NCBI GenBank assembly: GCA_044892505.1
Contig: CM097882.1
Location: 153,078,001 to 153,142,000 of the forward strand
Direction: 5' to 3'
Origin: Schmidtea nova
Lineage: Eukaryota
DNA: 64,000 nt
Part shown: in pieces, positions 10,240 to 25,201 of the stretch
How positions within the stretch are numbered: the stretch's first letter is position 1
Layout of the letters: each line of letters opens with the position of its first letter
Notes under the pieces: generated by a model
What the model saw: the letters and a program-made list of their open reading frames with translations, nothing else
The model's database searches: none
Told to the model about the DNA's origin: nothing
Program-made: the position numbers and the translations under genes

Positions 10240-13200
10240 AAGGGTATGCACAAACGAATTGAAAATTTCAATATGTTAAATGCGGTCTGAGCAGCCAATA
10301 ATCTAACAAAAAACTGAACTGTTCCTTTTACATTTTTTATTTTGCTTTATATTTTCGACTGAATAGCAACGAACATAGGAAAAACATCGTGTTATTATAA
10401 TTTGGGCATATTTTGCAAAATAGTGTTCTTGCTGCACTTGGGAAACTTCTTGCGATGCTCACGTACGACCTGTAATGCAAACTGAGTCTGTTCATCGTCC
10501 TTTGTCAGCAAGCCGCTGAATTCTTGAATCATAGCAATTCCTCTCTCTGCTGTGTCATTTGTGACTCTTAATTGTCGCACAATTTCTTCGCCATATAAAT
10601 AATCTTCTCTTATGATCCATGTGATTGGATCAGCTTCCATGAATGCCTCAGATAATGATAGCAATTCAAAGAATTGCTGGTGACAAAATTGTGCAACTGT
10701 AGTTCAAGGATGTATTCTTTCTTAACCGTGATTCGTTTCTTGGGATTAGGTTTAGCTTTCTTTTGCAGTTCATTCAGCATGCTCTTCTTTTTTTCGACAC
10801 ACACTTCTCGATCAAATAACGCAAGAGCCACTAAATCTTCACTCAAGTACCAAAGATGTCCGAGAATTTATTGAGAGTACATTTTGATGCTACGGAATTG
10901 AGAATAGCCAGCTTCTTAAGCAGTTGTAAGTCGTTAGAGGGAGCCATTGAAGGAACTAAACACAGCAACCACGATTTGACATACGCTTGCACCCCAAATA
11001 AGCACACTTCGGCCAATCCTTTCCTTTCGCATTCCGTAAGCTTGAAATTTGTGTCTCGGAACAGGAATATATTGTAGGAATACAACAGCTTCGCCATAAA
11101 CCGTGCGCGATGCAAAGCTCCAGGTTTGAGAAAATGAACTCCACGTGGTGGAACGCCACCCAGGAAGATGATCACTAATTCAAGGAGTTCCATGCAGTCA
11201 TAACGTGGCTGCACGTTTTGTAGTTGATTGGTGCCGAATTGAATCATCTCAGCTATGTCTTCTTGCAGCGCTATATGAACGCTTTGATCAGCAATGCCGT
11301 ACTTGTAGGAGTTAACTTCGATGTTGGGCCAGAATGATTGAAATCGCTTAAAGAGAGGGATGTTGGGACCACTTGATGGACCCATTGATTGAAGGAATAT
11401 CTCTTCAAGCATTATCTCATGAATATGATGCCGACATGCGAGGTGAAGGATGCTTTAAAACAGAACACAAGCTTCACTTTTCAGTCCAGTATTGCTCGCA
11501 GTCGTATAAAAACTTAGACCTTTGATGCGTTCTTGTAGACCCCATGAAGTCACTGATTCTACTAGAGCATTGGCAATTTCTTTACCTGTACCATTTGAAA
11601 GTTTGGGAATAGCAAGGAGCTGCTCACTTCCTGAGCCTGAAACGATTATGGCAAGTCGGTCCACATTCCGCTCTCCTGTCACATCTTTCAATATTTTGCC
11701 ATCGAAATGAAGAATCAGTGGTTTTTTAGGATCAAAATTTTCTTTCACGTGAGCTGTTGTGACAGAACGATGCATGAGACTAACACGATGAATTGAAGAT
11801 CGATTTATGTTAAATTCAGCTACATCTCCTGCAGATGCTTGGACAGCTGCTGACAGATTTTGAACAGCCGAACGGATGCTGGTTTTAGTGCGATCAAGAG
11901 ATGACAAAACTTCAGGCCTCAACAAAGTTCGCATGCCTCTTTTACACTTCCGAGGGGTTTGATTTCCATTCCCATTTCCAAATATGGAATATGAAGTGTC
12001 TTCATCATTGGATTTAGTCTCGCTTGAAGAAATAGCTGCCTTGAGCTGTGATGAATTACATTCTTCTTTCTGTTTTCTTTCAAATTGTAATCGTTTCTTT
12101 TGTTGTGCAGTAGCTTTCTTTTCTTTCCGCGCTAGAGACGTATCCACACCAGCCATTGAACTAATTCGTCCTTTTTCTCTTTGAGCTAACAGAAACTGTC
12201 GATCTTCTTCAATTTTAATTAATACCTGTGCGTCTTCATGAGCAATATCAAAGAAATCAGTGAAAGTCTGATTCAGCCCGTTTTCATTTGCAGTTTGTGT
12301 TGTAGATTGGCGTCCTTTGCTTTACTTGAGATTTTCCCACCTCGTCATTTTCTTTTCAAGCTGTTTAACGGCTTGGTGACGTGGTCTCACTGGAATCCAT
12401 GCTCTATTCGAAAACTCCTCCACTTCAATTATTGTTTGTAACGCAGCATCATGTTTACTTTCAGCACAGGTCTGCAGTTTGTGCAGGTAGATACCCGTTA
12501 CATCACCAATAGAAGGCAATTTAGCTCCAGCAAGAGTTTCCTTAATTGATCCAAGTAGATAAACATTTGCATTACTTCTCGTAATACAATTCATACTAAA
12601 GCAATAAGGAAATATAAATAATTCAATTAACATGGTTTGATAATTAAAAATGAACTGTAAGCACTTATACCTACTCCGTATTAGAAAATAGATAGCTCTC
12701 AGTGTATTTAAATTTGCACAAAATTTATAAAAAATTAAAACAAAATAATAATAATAGGGTTCATTCCAAATTAAATTACTGCATTGTTCTATTTTCTGTC
12801 TTTTATCAATAACTTTTGAAAGACATAAGACAAATTCGTTCTATTTTTTAATTTAATCATAAGAACTTTATTTTATTAGTGAAATTAATTTGGTATTAAA
12901 ATGTATGAAGTTGACTTGTTTAAATGCTGTATTATTTGGCGGTTTTAAAAAACACGCATCTTCACCTTCTGTACCATCGTTGACAGTAACCATGTCACAC
13001 TTAATTTTTCTAAAATTTTTATTAATTTCTGTTCTGTAAGGTATTTTAAATGCTGAAGAAAATATATAGCTTTGAGAGTATTTAAATTTGCACAATATTT
13101 ATAAAAACTTAAAACAACTTGCGCATACCCTGAATCAACAGTGATCAATTAAATATTTTCCCAAACTTAGTTTCTTATATGGGAGCACTTTCTAAAGGGT

Positions 13201-13253
13201 GAGGACAATGATTTTGTGATTTTAAAATTTTTTGTCTTTTAAGGGACACCCTA
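10240..13253 (-). mobile_element. hATm-like transposon, copy 2 (transposase relic 10395-12633)
   Basis: Copy of 4404-7417. Confidence 0.78.
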
Positions 13254-13482
13254 CTGTACACGAGTTAAAAAGCATACAAGAAAGAGCTGAAAGAGTAACA
13301 TTATGGAGCATAATGAGACTTGCAAGAAAAGCATTGAGAATTTCCAATTTCAAAATACTTTCTACGGGTTCTAAAAATTATTATGAACGTGTAAATTGTG
13401 AGGGTTTGATGATAAAAGCATTTAATTAAAATAAACATACAAAATGCAATATCTACATGCATTTTGAGAGTTTTTAATTAAT

Positions 13483-15108
13483 GTAAATGTAAAAGCTATG
13501 AAATGCACCATTAGTTATTGTAGCAAAGAAAGACGGAAACGTTAGAATATGCATGGATTACAGAGGCTTAAATTCAATTATGAATGCTTGATAGGCAATA
13601 TTTGTAAGACTATTTAGCAGATTCAAAATAAAGCTCGTCAATCAACTTGGGACAGGCATACTATCAAGTCGGTGTAGCGCCAGAAATTCAAGAATTAACT
13701 CTTTAAGTACTAAAGAAGGGAAATTTTTAATTTCACCAGATTAGCATTTGTATTAGCAACGGCCCCAGCAACATTTCAAAGGCTAATGCATACATTACTA
13801 GATAGCATTATCTTTAAATGAGTTATTGTGTACTTAGACGATATTTTACTTTATTGGTAAACTAAAGCTGGACACGATAAAATGCTAGAAACAGTTCTCA
13901 ATAGAATTCAAGATGCAGGTTTAAAGATCAGCTACGATTATATAAAAAAGAGTTAATTTTCTTGGACATGCTGTAAGCGCAAATGGAATCCAGATGAATG
14001 ATAAAAGAATTGAAGAAATCCAAAATGCAAATATACCACAATGTGCCAAGCAGTTACGATCATTCTTGTGCATGACAAATTATTATAGAAGATTCATTAA
14101 AGATTTCGCAAAGATTGCAGCTCCGCTTTATCAGGCAAAAACGGGATGCGAGAAGAAAATTTCATATACAAAAGAATGCGAAGATGCTTCTCAAACTCTC
14201 AAGGACAAATTGTGTGAAGCTCCAATATTGGACTATCCGAGTAAAAACCGAAACTTTATGCTAGATACATATGCCAGTTTCTGGGCTATTGGAGCAGTTT
14301 TAAGATAGTAGAAAGAGAATGGGTTAAGGTTACTGTGTCACAAGAAAAGAACTACTTGCTAAACACAAAAATGTGAGTTATTTTTATCAATACATGTATG
14401 AGAAAGATTTGTAGTGCGAATAGATCAAAGAGCGTTAATATTTATGAATACAATAAAGCAAGCAAATTTTCCTCAATTTCAAACCTGGATGGCAAATTTA
14501 TCAGAATATTACTTTGAATTAAGATATCATAAGGGAGAAGATCATTCAAATGCCGATGGATTATCCAGGATAAAAAGAATAGTATATGCACAATGTCAAA
14601 CGAGACACGAGAATGCTAAGGAATGTTATTCACAGAGTTAGACACATCTGCATAATCCAGAAAACAGAGACAATGAAACAAATAATAGAAGCGCAAGAAA
14701 AAGATGCCAAGTTTTACAAAATGAAGGAATAACTCGATGAACTCAGTTTAAATATGACAATATTCGATCCAAAAGATTATCTTTACAAACTAAGGAATGA
14801 CTTGAAAGTAGAGAACTTTCTGAAGATCAAAAATGAAGGACTGGATTTAGTACTCGTTAAAAAAATTAACGAAGAACTTTGTCACATTGGAGTAAAAAAA
14901 TTAGTACATTACTTAAAAAACTTTTTCAATGGCCAAGCATGCACATTACAATCAGAGAATGCCTACAAAAATGTGTGAAATAGGAAAAGCAGAAAATAAA
15001 CTCAGAGCAGACTAAAGAGATTCTAATAACGCGAACAAGTACAGAGTCTTATGGATCAAATAATTATCGAAATTGCTTATATGAAACCACTAGCAACGAA
15101 AGGGTATG
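13483..15108 (+). pseudogene. Ty3/Gypsy pol fragment, copy 3
   Basis: Copy of 1763-3388. Confidence 0.9.
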
Positions 15109-15135
15109 AAGGTCGATTTAACGGCCACCTCGAAA

Positions 15136-15263
15136 NNNNNNNNNNNNNNNNNNNNNNNNNNNNNNNNNNNNNNNNNNNNNNNNNNNNNNNNNNNNNNNNN
15201 NNNNNNNNNNNNNNNNNNNNNNNNNNNNNNNNNNNNNNNNNNNNNNNNNNNNNNNNNNNNNNN
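15136..15263. repeat. Masked (AT)n tract, inferred (AT)45
   Basis: 128 N minus 38 fixed bp. Confidence 0.85.
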
Positions 15264-16110
15264 CAAGTTTCTAAAGATCAAATATTTAATCCTTTTTTCC
15301 TCATAGATATGTAAAGTTTTAAATATCTCTTGAATATTGGAACTGAAGTACAACCTATTTTAAATAAACTATTAAATAAAAATGGCAATTTATTCAAATA
15401 AATAAAATTATATATAAAATTAGAATAGCTTCTGGCAATGTATACAAATCAGTAACTTTTTTTCCTATAAATTTCGGTTTCAAAATGTTTATCTTTCTTT
15501 TCAATCAAACAATCAAGAAATGATAATTTAGAATTAATTTCTTCTTCAAAAATAAATTTAATATTTTTATGCTAATTAGTATTATAAAAGAAATATGATA
15601 AGGGATTGGTTTATCGTTCATGGACATTGCCGTCAACTTATTGTAAATGTATAACTATTATTGATAAATTACTTAATATACTACAGAATAACGCATGGTG
15701 AGTGAAACTGTTGATTAGTGTAATAATAAATTGAATGTGATTGATGACAAAATGTCTCCTGGTGTTCATCGTTTAATTTCCTTGATATTATATCTTTGAT
15801 TGAAACAGTTGATGTTGTTATAGGAATGAATGATGGTGTTGATGGTAATAATAATGAAATAAATAAAATTTATTTGAAGGATAGCATTGGTTTTGTTATA
15901 GTTTTACCTTTTTCTGAGGATTTTGTAAATTTTAGAAATTCTATTATAAAAAATATTGGATTCATCTCTGTACAGTGTCAAGAGATGAATACAATATTTT
16001 TTATAATAGATTATTTTTCAAGTTTCGACTATCTACTCTCTCACCCTTTCAGTGTAGTCCCTCTATGAAAATAAAACTGTATGCAAATATTTGCCACAAA
16101 AAACGATTTT

Positions 16111-19100
16111 AAGGGTATGCACAAACGAATTGAAAATTTCAATATGTTAAATGCGGTCTGAGCAGCCAATAATCTAACAAAAAACTGAACTGTTCCTTTT
16201 ACATTTTTTATTTTGCTTTATATTTTCGACTGAATAGCAACGAACATAGGAAAAACATCGTGTTATTATAATTTGGGCATATTTTGCAAAATAGTGTTCT
16301 TGCTGCACTTGGGAAACTTCTTGCGATGCTCACGTACGACCTGTAATGCAAACTGAGTCTGTTCATCGTCCTTTGTCAGCAAGCCGCTGAATTCTTGAAT
16401 CATAGCAATTCCTCTCTCTGCTGTGTCATTTGTGACTCTTAATTGTCGCACAATTTCTTCGCCATATAAATAATCTTCTCTTATGATCCATGTGATTGGA
16501 TCAGCTTCCATGAATGCCTCAGATAATGATAGCAATTCAAAGAATTGCTGGTGACAAAATTGTGCAACTGTAGTTCAAGGATGTATTCTTTCTTAACCGT
16601 GATTCGTTTCTTGGGATTAGGTTTAGCTTTCTTTTGCAGTTCATTCAGCATGCTCTTCTTTTTTTCGACACACACTTCTCGATCAAATAACGCAAGAGCC
16701 ACTAAATCTTCACTCAAGTACCAAAGATGTCCGAGAATTTATTGAGAGTACATTTTGATGCTACGGAATTGAGAATAGCCAGCTTCTTAAGCAGTTGTAA
16801 GTCGTTAGAGGGAGCCATTGAAGGAACTAAACACAGCAACCACGATTTGACATACGCTTGCACCCCAAATAAGCACACTTCGGCCAATCCTTTCCTTTCG
16901 CATTCCGTAAGCTTGAAATTTGTGTCTCGGAACAGGAATATATTGTAGGAATACAACAGCTTCGCCATAAACCGTGCGCGATGCAAAGCTCCAGGTTTGA
17001 GAAAATGAACTCCACGTGGTGGAACGCCACCCAGGAAGATGATCACTAATTCAAGGAGTTCCATGCAGTCATAACGTGGCTGCACGTTTTGTAGTTGATT
17101 GGTGCCGAATTGAATCATCTCAGCTATGTCTTCTTGCAGCGCTATATGAACGCTTTGATCAGCAATGCCGTACTTGTAGGAGTTAACTTCGATGTTGGGC
17201 CAGAATGATTGAAATCGCTTAAAGAGAGGGATGTTGGGACCACTTGATGGACCCATTGATTGAAGGAATATCTCTTCAAGCATTATCTCATGAATATGAT
17301 GCCGACATGCGAGGTGAAGGATGCTTTAAAACAGAACACAAGCTTCACTTTTCAGTCCAGTATTGCTCGCAGTCGTATAAAAACTTAGACCTTTGATGCG
17401 TTCTTGTAGACCCCATGAAGTCACTGATTCTACTAGAGCATTGGCAATTTCTTTACCTGTACCATTTGAAAGTTTGGGAATAGCAAGGAGCTGCTCACTT
17501 CCTGAGCCTGAAACGATTATGGCAAGTCGGTCCACATTCCGCTCTCCTGTCACATCTTTCAATATTTTGCCATCGAAATGAAGAATCAGTGGTTTTTTAG
17601 GATCAAAATTTTCTTTCACGTGAGCTGTTGTGACAGAACGATGCATGAGACTAACACGATGAATTGAAGATCGATTTATGTTAAATTCAGCTACATCTCC
17701 TGCAGATGCTTGGACAGCTGCTGACAGATTTTGAACAGCCGAACGGATGCTGGTTTTAGTGCGATCAAGAGATGACAAAACTTCAGGCCTCAACAAAGTT
17801 CGCATGCCTCTTTTACACTTCCGAGGGGTTTGATTTCCATTCCCATTTCCAAATATGGAATATGAAGTGTCTTCATCATTGGATTTAGTCTCGCTTGAAG
17901 AAATAGCTGCCTTGAGCTGTGATGAATTACATTCTTCTTTCTGTTTTCTTTCAAATTGTAATCGTTTCTTTTGTTGTGCAGTAGCTTTCTTTTCTTTCCG
18001 CGCTAGAGACGTATCCACACCAGCCATTGAACTAATTCGTCCTTTTTCTCTTTGAGCTAACAGAAACTGTCGATCTTCTTCAATTTTAATTAATACCTGT
18101 GCGTCTTCATGAGCAATATCAAAGAAATCAGTGAAAGTCTGATTCAGCCCGTTTTCATTTGCAGTTTGTGTTGTAGATTGGCGTCCTTTGCTTTACTTGA
18201 GATTTTCCCACCTCGTCATTTTCTTTTCAAGCTGTTTAACGGCTTGGTGACGTGGTCTCACTGGAATCCATGCTCTATTCGAAAACTCCTCCACTTCAAT
18301 TATTGTTTGTAACGCAGCATCATGTTTACTTTCAGCACAGGTCTGCAGTTTGTGCAGGTAGATACCCGTTACATCACCAATAGAAGGCAATTTAGCTCCA
18401 GCAAGAGTTTCCTTAATTGATCCAAGTAGATAAACATTTGCATTACTTCTCGTAATACAATTCATACTAAAGCAATAAGGAAATATAAATAATTCAATTA
18501 ACATGGTTTGATAATTAAAAATGAACTGTAAGCACTTATACCTACTCCGTATTAGAAAATAGATAGCTCTCAGTGTATTTAAATTTGCACAAAATTTATA
18601 AAAAATTAAAACAAAATAATAATAATAGGGTTCATTCCAAATTAAATTACTGCATTGTTCTATTTTCTGTCTTTTATCAATAACTTTTGAAAGACATAAG
18701 ACAAATTCGTTCTATTTTTTAATTTAATCATAAGAACTTTATTTTATTAGTGAAATTAATTTGGTATTAAAATGTATGAAGTTGACTTGTTTAAATGCTG
18801 TATTATTTGGCGGTTTTAAAAAACACGCATCTTCACCTTCTGTACCATCGTTGACAGTAACCATGTCACACTTAATTTTTCTAAAATTTTTATTAATTTC
18901 TGTTCTGTAAGGTATTTTAAATGCTGAAGAAAATATATAGCTTTGAGAGTATTTAAATTTGCACAATATTTATAAAAACTTAAAACAACTTGCGCATACC
19001 CTGAATCAACAGTGATCAATTAAATATTTTCCCAAACTTAGTTTCTTATATGGGAGCACTTTCTAAAGGGTGAGGACAATGATTTTGTGATTTTAAAATT

Positions 19101-19124
19101 TTTTGTCTTTTAAGGGACACCCTA
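16111..19124 (-). mobile_element. hATm-like transposon, copy 3 (transposase relic 16266-18504)
   Basis: Copy of 4404-7417. Confidence 0.78.
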
Positions 19125-19353
19125 CTGTACACGAGTTAAAAAGCATACAAGAAAGAGCTGAAAGAGTAACATTATGGAGCATAATGAGACTTGCAAGAAA
19201 AGCATTGAGAATTTCCAATTTCAAAATACTTTCTACGGGTTCTAAAAATTATTATGAACGTGTAAATTGTGAGGGTTTGATGATAAAAGCATTTAATTAA
19301 AATAAACATACAAAATGCAATATCTACATGCATTTTGAGAGTTTTTAATTAAT

Positions 19354-20967
19354 GTAAATGTAAAAGCTATGAAATGCACCATTAGTTATTGTAGCAAAGA
19401 AAGACGGAAACGTTAGAATATGCATGGATTACAGAGGCTTAAATTCAATTATGAATGCTTGATAGGCAATATTTGTAAGACTATTTAGCAGATTCAAAAT
19501 AAAGCTCGTCAATCAACTTGGGACAGGCATACTATCAAGTCGGTGTAGCGCCAGAAATTCAAGAATTAACTCTTTAAGTACTAAAGAAGGGAAATTTTTA
19601 ATTTCACCAGATTAGCATTTGTATTAGCAACATTTCAAAGGCTAATGCATACATTACTAGATAGCATTATCTTTAAATGAGTTATTGTGTACTTAGACGA
19701 TATTTTACTTTATTGGTAAACTAAAGCTGGACACGATAAAATGCTAGAAACAGTTCTCAATAGAATTCAAGATGCAGGTTTAAAGATCAGCTACGATTAT
19801 ATAAAAAAGAGTTAATTTTCTTGGACATGCTGTAAGCGCAAATGGAATCCAGATGAATGATAAAAGAATTGAAGAAATCCAAAATGCAAATATACCACAA
19901 TGTGCCAAGCAGTTACGATCATTCTTGTGCATGACAAATTATTATAGAAGATTCATTAAAGATTTCGCAAAGATTGCAGCTCCGCTTTATCAGGCAAAAA
20001 CGGGATGCGAGAAGAAAATTTCATATACAAAAGAATGCGAAGATGCTTCTCAAACTCTCAAGGACAAATTGTGTGAAGCTCCAATATTGGACTATCCGAG
20101 TAAAAACCGAAACTTTATGCTAGATACATATGCCAGTTTCTGGGCTATTGGAGCAGTTTTAAGATAGTAGAAAGAGAATGGGTTAAGGTTACTGTGTCAC
20201 AAGAAAAGAACTACTTGCTAAACACAAAAATGTGAGTTATTTTTATCAATACATGTATGAGAAAGATTTGTAGTGCGAATAGATCAAAGAGCGTTAATAT
20301 TTATGAATACAATAAAGCAAGCAAATTTTCCTCAATTTCAAACCTGGATGGCAAATTTATCAGAATATTACTTTGAATTAAGATATCATAAGGGAGAAGA
20401 TCATTCAAATGCCGATGGATTATCCAGGATAAAAAGAATAGTATATGCACAATGTCAAACGAGACACGAGAATGCTAAGGAATGTTATTCACAGAGTTAG
20501 ACACATCTGCATAATCCAGAAAACAGAGACAATGAAACAAATAATAGAAGCGCAAGAAAAAGATGCCAAGTTTTACAAAATGAAGGAATAACTCGATGAA
20601 CTCAGTTTAAATATGACAATATTCGATCCAAAAGATTATCTTTACAAACTAAGGAATGACTTGAAAGTAGAGAACTTTCTGAAGATCAAAAATGAAGGAC
20701 TGGATTTAGTACTCGTTAAAAAAATTAACGAAGAACTTTGTCACATTGGAGTAAAAAAATTAGTACATTACTTAAAAAACTTTTTCAATGGCCAAGCATG
20801 CACATTACAATCAGAGAATGCCTACAAAAATGTGTGAAATAGGAAAAGCAGAAAATAAACTCAGAGCAGACTAAAGAGATTCTAATAACGCGAACAAGTA
20901 CAGAGTCTTATGGATCAAATAATTATCGAAATTGCTTATATGAAACCACTAGCAACGAAAGGGTATG
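19354..20967 (+). pseudogene. Ty3/Gypsy pol fragment, copy 4, with a private 12-bp deletion
   Basis: Copy of 1763-3388 lacking GGCCCCAGCAAC at 19631. Confidence 0.9.
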
Positions 20968-21010
20968 AAGGTCGATTTAACGGCCACCTCGAAACATGAT
21001 GGCAATCAAT

Positions 21011-21012
<2 letters not shown>

Positions 21013-21090
<78 letters not shown>
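21013..21090. repeat. (AT)39 microsatellite
   Basis: Counted directly. Confidence 0.95.
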
Positions 21091-21092
<2 letters not shown>

Positions 21093-21958
21093 ATCATATG
21101 ATTTTACAAACAAGTTTCTAAAGATCAAATATTTAATCCTTTTTTCCTCATAGATATGTAAAGTTTTAAATATCTCTTGAATATTGGAACTGAAGTACAA
21201 CCTATTTTAAATAAACTATTAAATAAAAATGGCAATTTATTCAAATAAATAAAATTATATATAAAATTAGAATAGCTTCTGGCAATGTATACAAATCAGT
21301 AACTTTTTTTCCTATAAATTTCGGTTTCAAAATGTTTATCTTTCTTTTCAATCAAACAATCAAGAAATGATAATTTAGAATTAATTTCTTCTTCAAAAAT
21401 AAATTTAATATTTTTATGCTAATTAGTATTATAAAAGAAATATGATAAGGGATTGGTTTATCGTTCATGGACATTGCCGTCAACTTATTGTAAATGTATA
21501 ACTATTATTGATAAATTACTTAATATACTACAGAATAACGCATGGTGAGTGAAACTGTTGATTAGTGTAATAATAAATTGAATGTGATTGATGACAAAAT
21601 GTCTCCTGGTGTTCATCGTTTAATTTCCTTGATATTATATCTTTGATTGAAACAGTTGATGTTGTTATAGGAATGAATGATGGTGTTGATGGTAATAATA
21701 ATGAAATAAATAAAATTTATTTGAAGGATAGCATTGGTTTTGTTATAGTTTTACCTTTTTCTGAGGATTTTGTAAATTTTAGAAATTCTATTATAAAAAA
21801 TATTGGATTCATCTCTGTACAGTGTCAAGAGATGAATACAATATTTTTTATAATAGATTATTTTTCAAGTTTCGACTATCTACTCTCTCACCCTTTCAGT
21901 GTAGTCCCTCTATGAAAATAAAACTGTATGCAAAATATTTGCCACAAAAAACGATTTT

Positions 21959-24900
21959 AAGGGTATGCACAAACGAATTGAAAATTTCAATATGTTAAAT
22001 GCGGTCTGAGCAGCCAATAATCTAACAAAAAACTGAACTGTTCCTTTTACATTTTTTATTTTGCTTTATATTTTCGACTGAATAGCAACGAACATAGGAA
22101 AAACATCGTGTTATTATAATTTGGGCATATTTTGCAAAATAGTGTTCTTGCTGCACTTGGGAAACTTCTTGCGATGCTCACGTACGACCTGTAATGCAAA
22201 CTGAGTCTGTTCATCGTCCTTTGTCAGCAAGCCGCTGAATTCTTGAATCATAGCAATTCCTCTCTCTGCTGTGTCATTTGTGACTCTTAATTGTCGCACA
22301 ATTTCTTCGCCATATAAATAATCTTCTCTTATGATCCATGTGATTGGATCAGCTTCCATGAATGCCTCAGATAATGATAGCAATTCAAAGAATTGCTGGT
22401 GACAAAATTGTGCAACTGTAGTTCAAGGATGTATTCTTTCTTAACCGTGATTCGTTTCTTGGGATTAGGTTTAGCTTTCTTTTGCAGTTCATTCAGCATG
22501 CTCTTCTTTTTTTCGACACACACTTCTCGATCAAATAACGCAAGAGCCACTAAATCTTCACTCAAGTACCAAAGATGTCCGAGAATTTATTGAGAGTACA
22601 TTTTGATGCTACGGAATTGAGAATAGCCAGCTTCTTAAGCAGTTGTAAGTCGTTAGAGGGAGCCATTGAAGGAACTAAACACAGCAACCACGATTTGACA
22701 TACGCTTGCACCCCAAATAAGCACACTTCGGCCAATCCTTTCCTTTCGCATTCCGTAAGCTTGAAATTTGTGTCTCGGAACAGGAATATATTGTAGGAAT
22801 ACAACAGCTTCGCCATAAACCGTGCGCGATGCAAAGCTCCAGGTTTGAGAAAATGAACTCCACGTGGTGGAACGCCACCCAGGAAGATGATCACTAATTC
22901 AAGGAGTTCCATGCAGTCATAACGTGGCTGCACGTTTTGTAGTTGATTGGTGCCGAATTGAATCATCTCAGCTATGTCTTCTTGCAGCGCTATATGAACG
23001 CTTTGATCAGCAATGCCGTACTTGTAGGAGTTAACTTCGATGTTGGGCCAGAATGATTGAAATCGCTTAAAGAGAGGGATGTTGGGACCACTTGATGGAC
23101 CCATTGATTGAAGGAATATCTCTTCAAGCATTATCTCATGAATATGATGCCGACATGCGAGGTGAAGGATGCTTTAAAACAGAACACAAGCTTCACTTTT
23201 CAGTCCAGTATTGCTCGCAGTCGTATAAAAACTTAGACCTTTGATGCGTTCTTGTAGACCCCATGAAGTCACTGATTCTACTAGAGCATTGGCAATTTCT
23301 TTACCTGTACCATTTGAAAGTTTGGGAATAGCAAGGAGCTGCTCACTTCCTGAGCCTGAAACGATTATGGCAAGTCGGTCCACATTCCGCTCTCCTGTCA
23401 CATCTTTCAATATTTTGCCATCGAAATGAAGAATCAGTGGTTTTTTAGGATCAAAATTTTCTTTCACGTGAGCTGTTGTGACAGAACGATGCATGAGACT
23501 AACACGATGAATTGAAGATCGATTTATGTTAAATTCAGCTACATCTCCTGCAGATGCTTGGACAGCTGCTGACAGATTTTGAACAGCCGAACGGATGCTG
23601 GTTTTAGTGCGATCAAGAGATGACAAAACTTCAGGCCTCAACAAAGTTCGCATGCCTCTTTTACACTTCCGAGGGGTTTGATTTCCATTCCCATTTCCAA
23701 ATATGGAATATGAAGTGTCTTCATCATTGGATTTAGTCTCGCTTGAAGAAATAGCTGCCTTGAGCTGTGATGAATTACATTCTTCTTTCTGTTTTCTTTC
23801 AAATTGTAATCGTTTCTTTTGTTGTGCAGTAGCTTTCTTTTCTTTCCGCGCTAGAGACGTATCCACACCAGCCATTGAACTAATTCGTCCTTTTTCTCTT
23901 TGAGCTAACAGAAACTGTCGATCTTCTTCAATTTTAATTAATACCTGTGCGTCTTCATGAGCAATATCAAAGAAATCAGTGAAAGTCTGATTCAGCCCGT
24001 TTTCATTTGCAGTTTGTGTTGTAGATTGGCGTCCTTTGCTTTACTTGAGATTTTCCCACCTCGTCATTTTCTTTTCAAGCTGTTTAACGGCTTGGTGACG
24101 TGGTCTCACTGGAATCCATGCTCTATTCGAAAACTCCTCCACTTCAATTATTGTTTGTAACGCAGCATCATGTTTACTTTCAGCACAGGTCTGCAGTTTG
24201 TGCAGGTAGATACCCGTTACATCACCAATAGAAGGCAATTTAGCTCCAGCAAGAGTTTCCTTAATTGATCCAAGTAGATAAACATTTGCATTACTTCTCG
24301 TAATACAATTCATACTAAAGCAATAAGGAAATATAAATAATTCAATTAACATGGTTTGATAATTAAAAATGAACTGTAAGCACTTATACCTACTCCGTAT
24401 TAGAAAATAGATAGCTCTCAGTGTATTTAAATTTGCACAAAATTTATAAAAAATTAAAACAAAATAATAATAATAGGGTTCATTCCAAATTAAATTACTG
24501 CATTGTTCTATTTTCTGTCTTTTATCAATAACTTTTGAAAGACATAAGACAAATTCGTTCTATTTTTTAATTTAATCATAAGAACTTTATTTTATTAGTG
24601 AAATTAATTTGGTATTAAAATGTATGAAGTTGACTTGTTTAAATGCTGTATTATTTGGCGGTTTTAAAAAACACGCATCTTCACCTTCTGTACCATCGTT
24701 GACAGTAACCATGTCACACTTAATTTTTCTAAAATTTTTATTAATTTCTGTTCTGTAAGGTATTTTAAATGCTGAAGAAAATATATAGCTTTGAGAGTAT
24801 TTAAATTTGCACAATATTTATAAAAACTTAAAACAACTTGCGCATACCCTGAATCAACAGTGATCAATTAAATATTTTCCCAAACTTAGTTTCTTATATG

Positions 24901-24972
24901 GGAGCACTTTCTAAAGGGTGAGGACAATGATTTTGTGATTTTAAAATTTTTTGTCTTTTAAGGGACACCCTA
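21959..24972 (-). mobile_element. hATm-like transposon, copy 4 (transposase relic 22114-24352)
   Basis: Copy of 4404-7417. Confidence 0.78.
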
Positions 24973-25201
24973 CTGTACACGAGTTAAAAAGCATACAAGA
25001 AAGAGCTGAAAGAGTAACATTATGGAGCATAATGAGACTTGCAAGAAAAGCATTGAGAATTTCCAATTTCAAAATACTTTCTACGGGTTCTAAAAATTAT
25101 TATGAACGTGTAAATTGTGAGGGTTTGATGATAAAAGCATTTAATTAAAATAAACATACAAAATGCAATATCTACATGCATTTTGAGAGTTTTTAATTAA
25201 T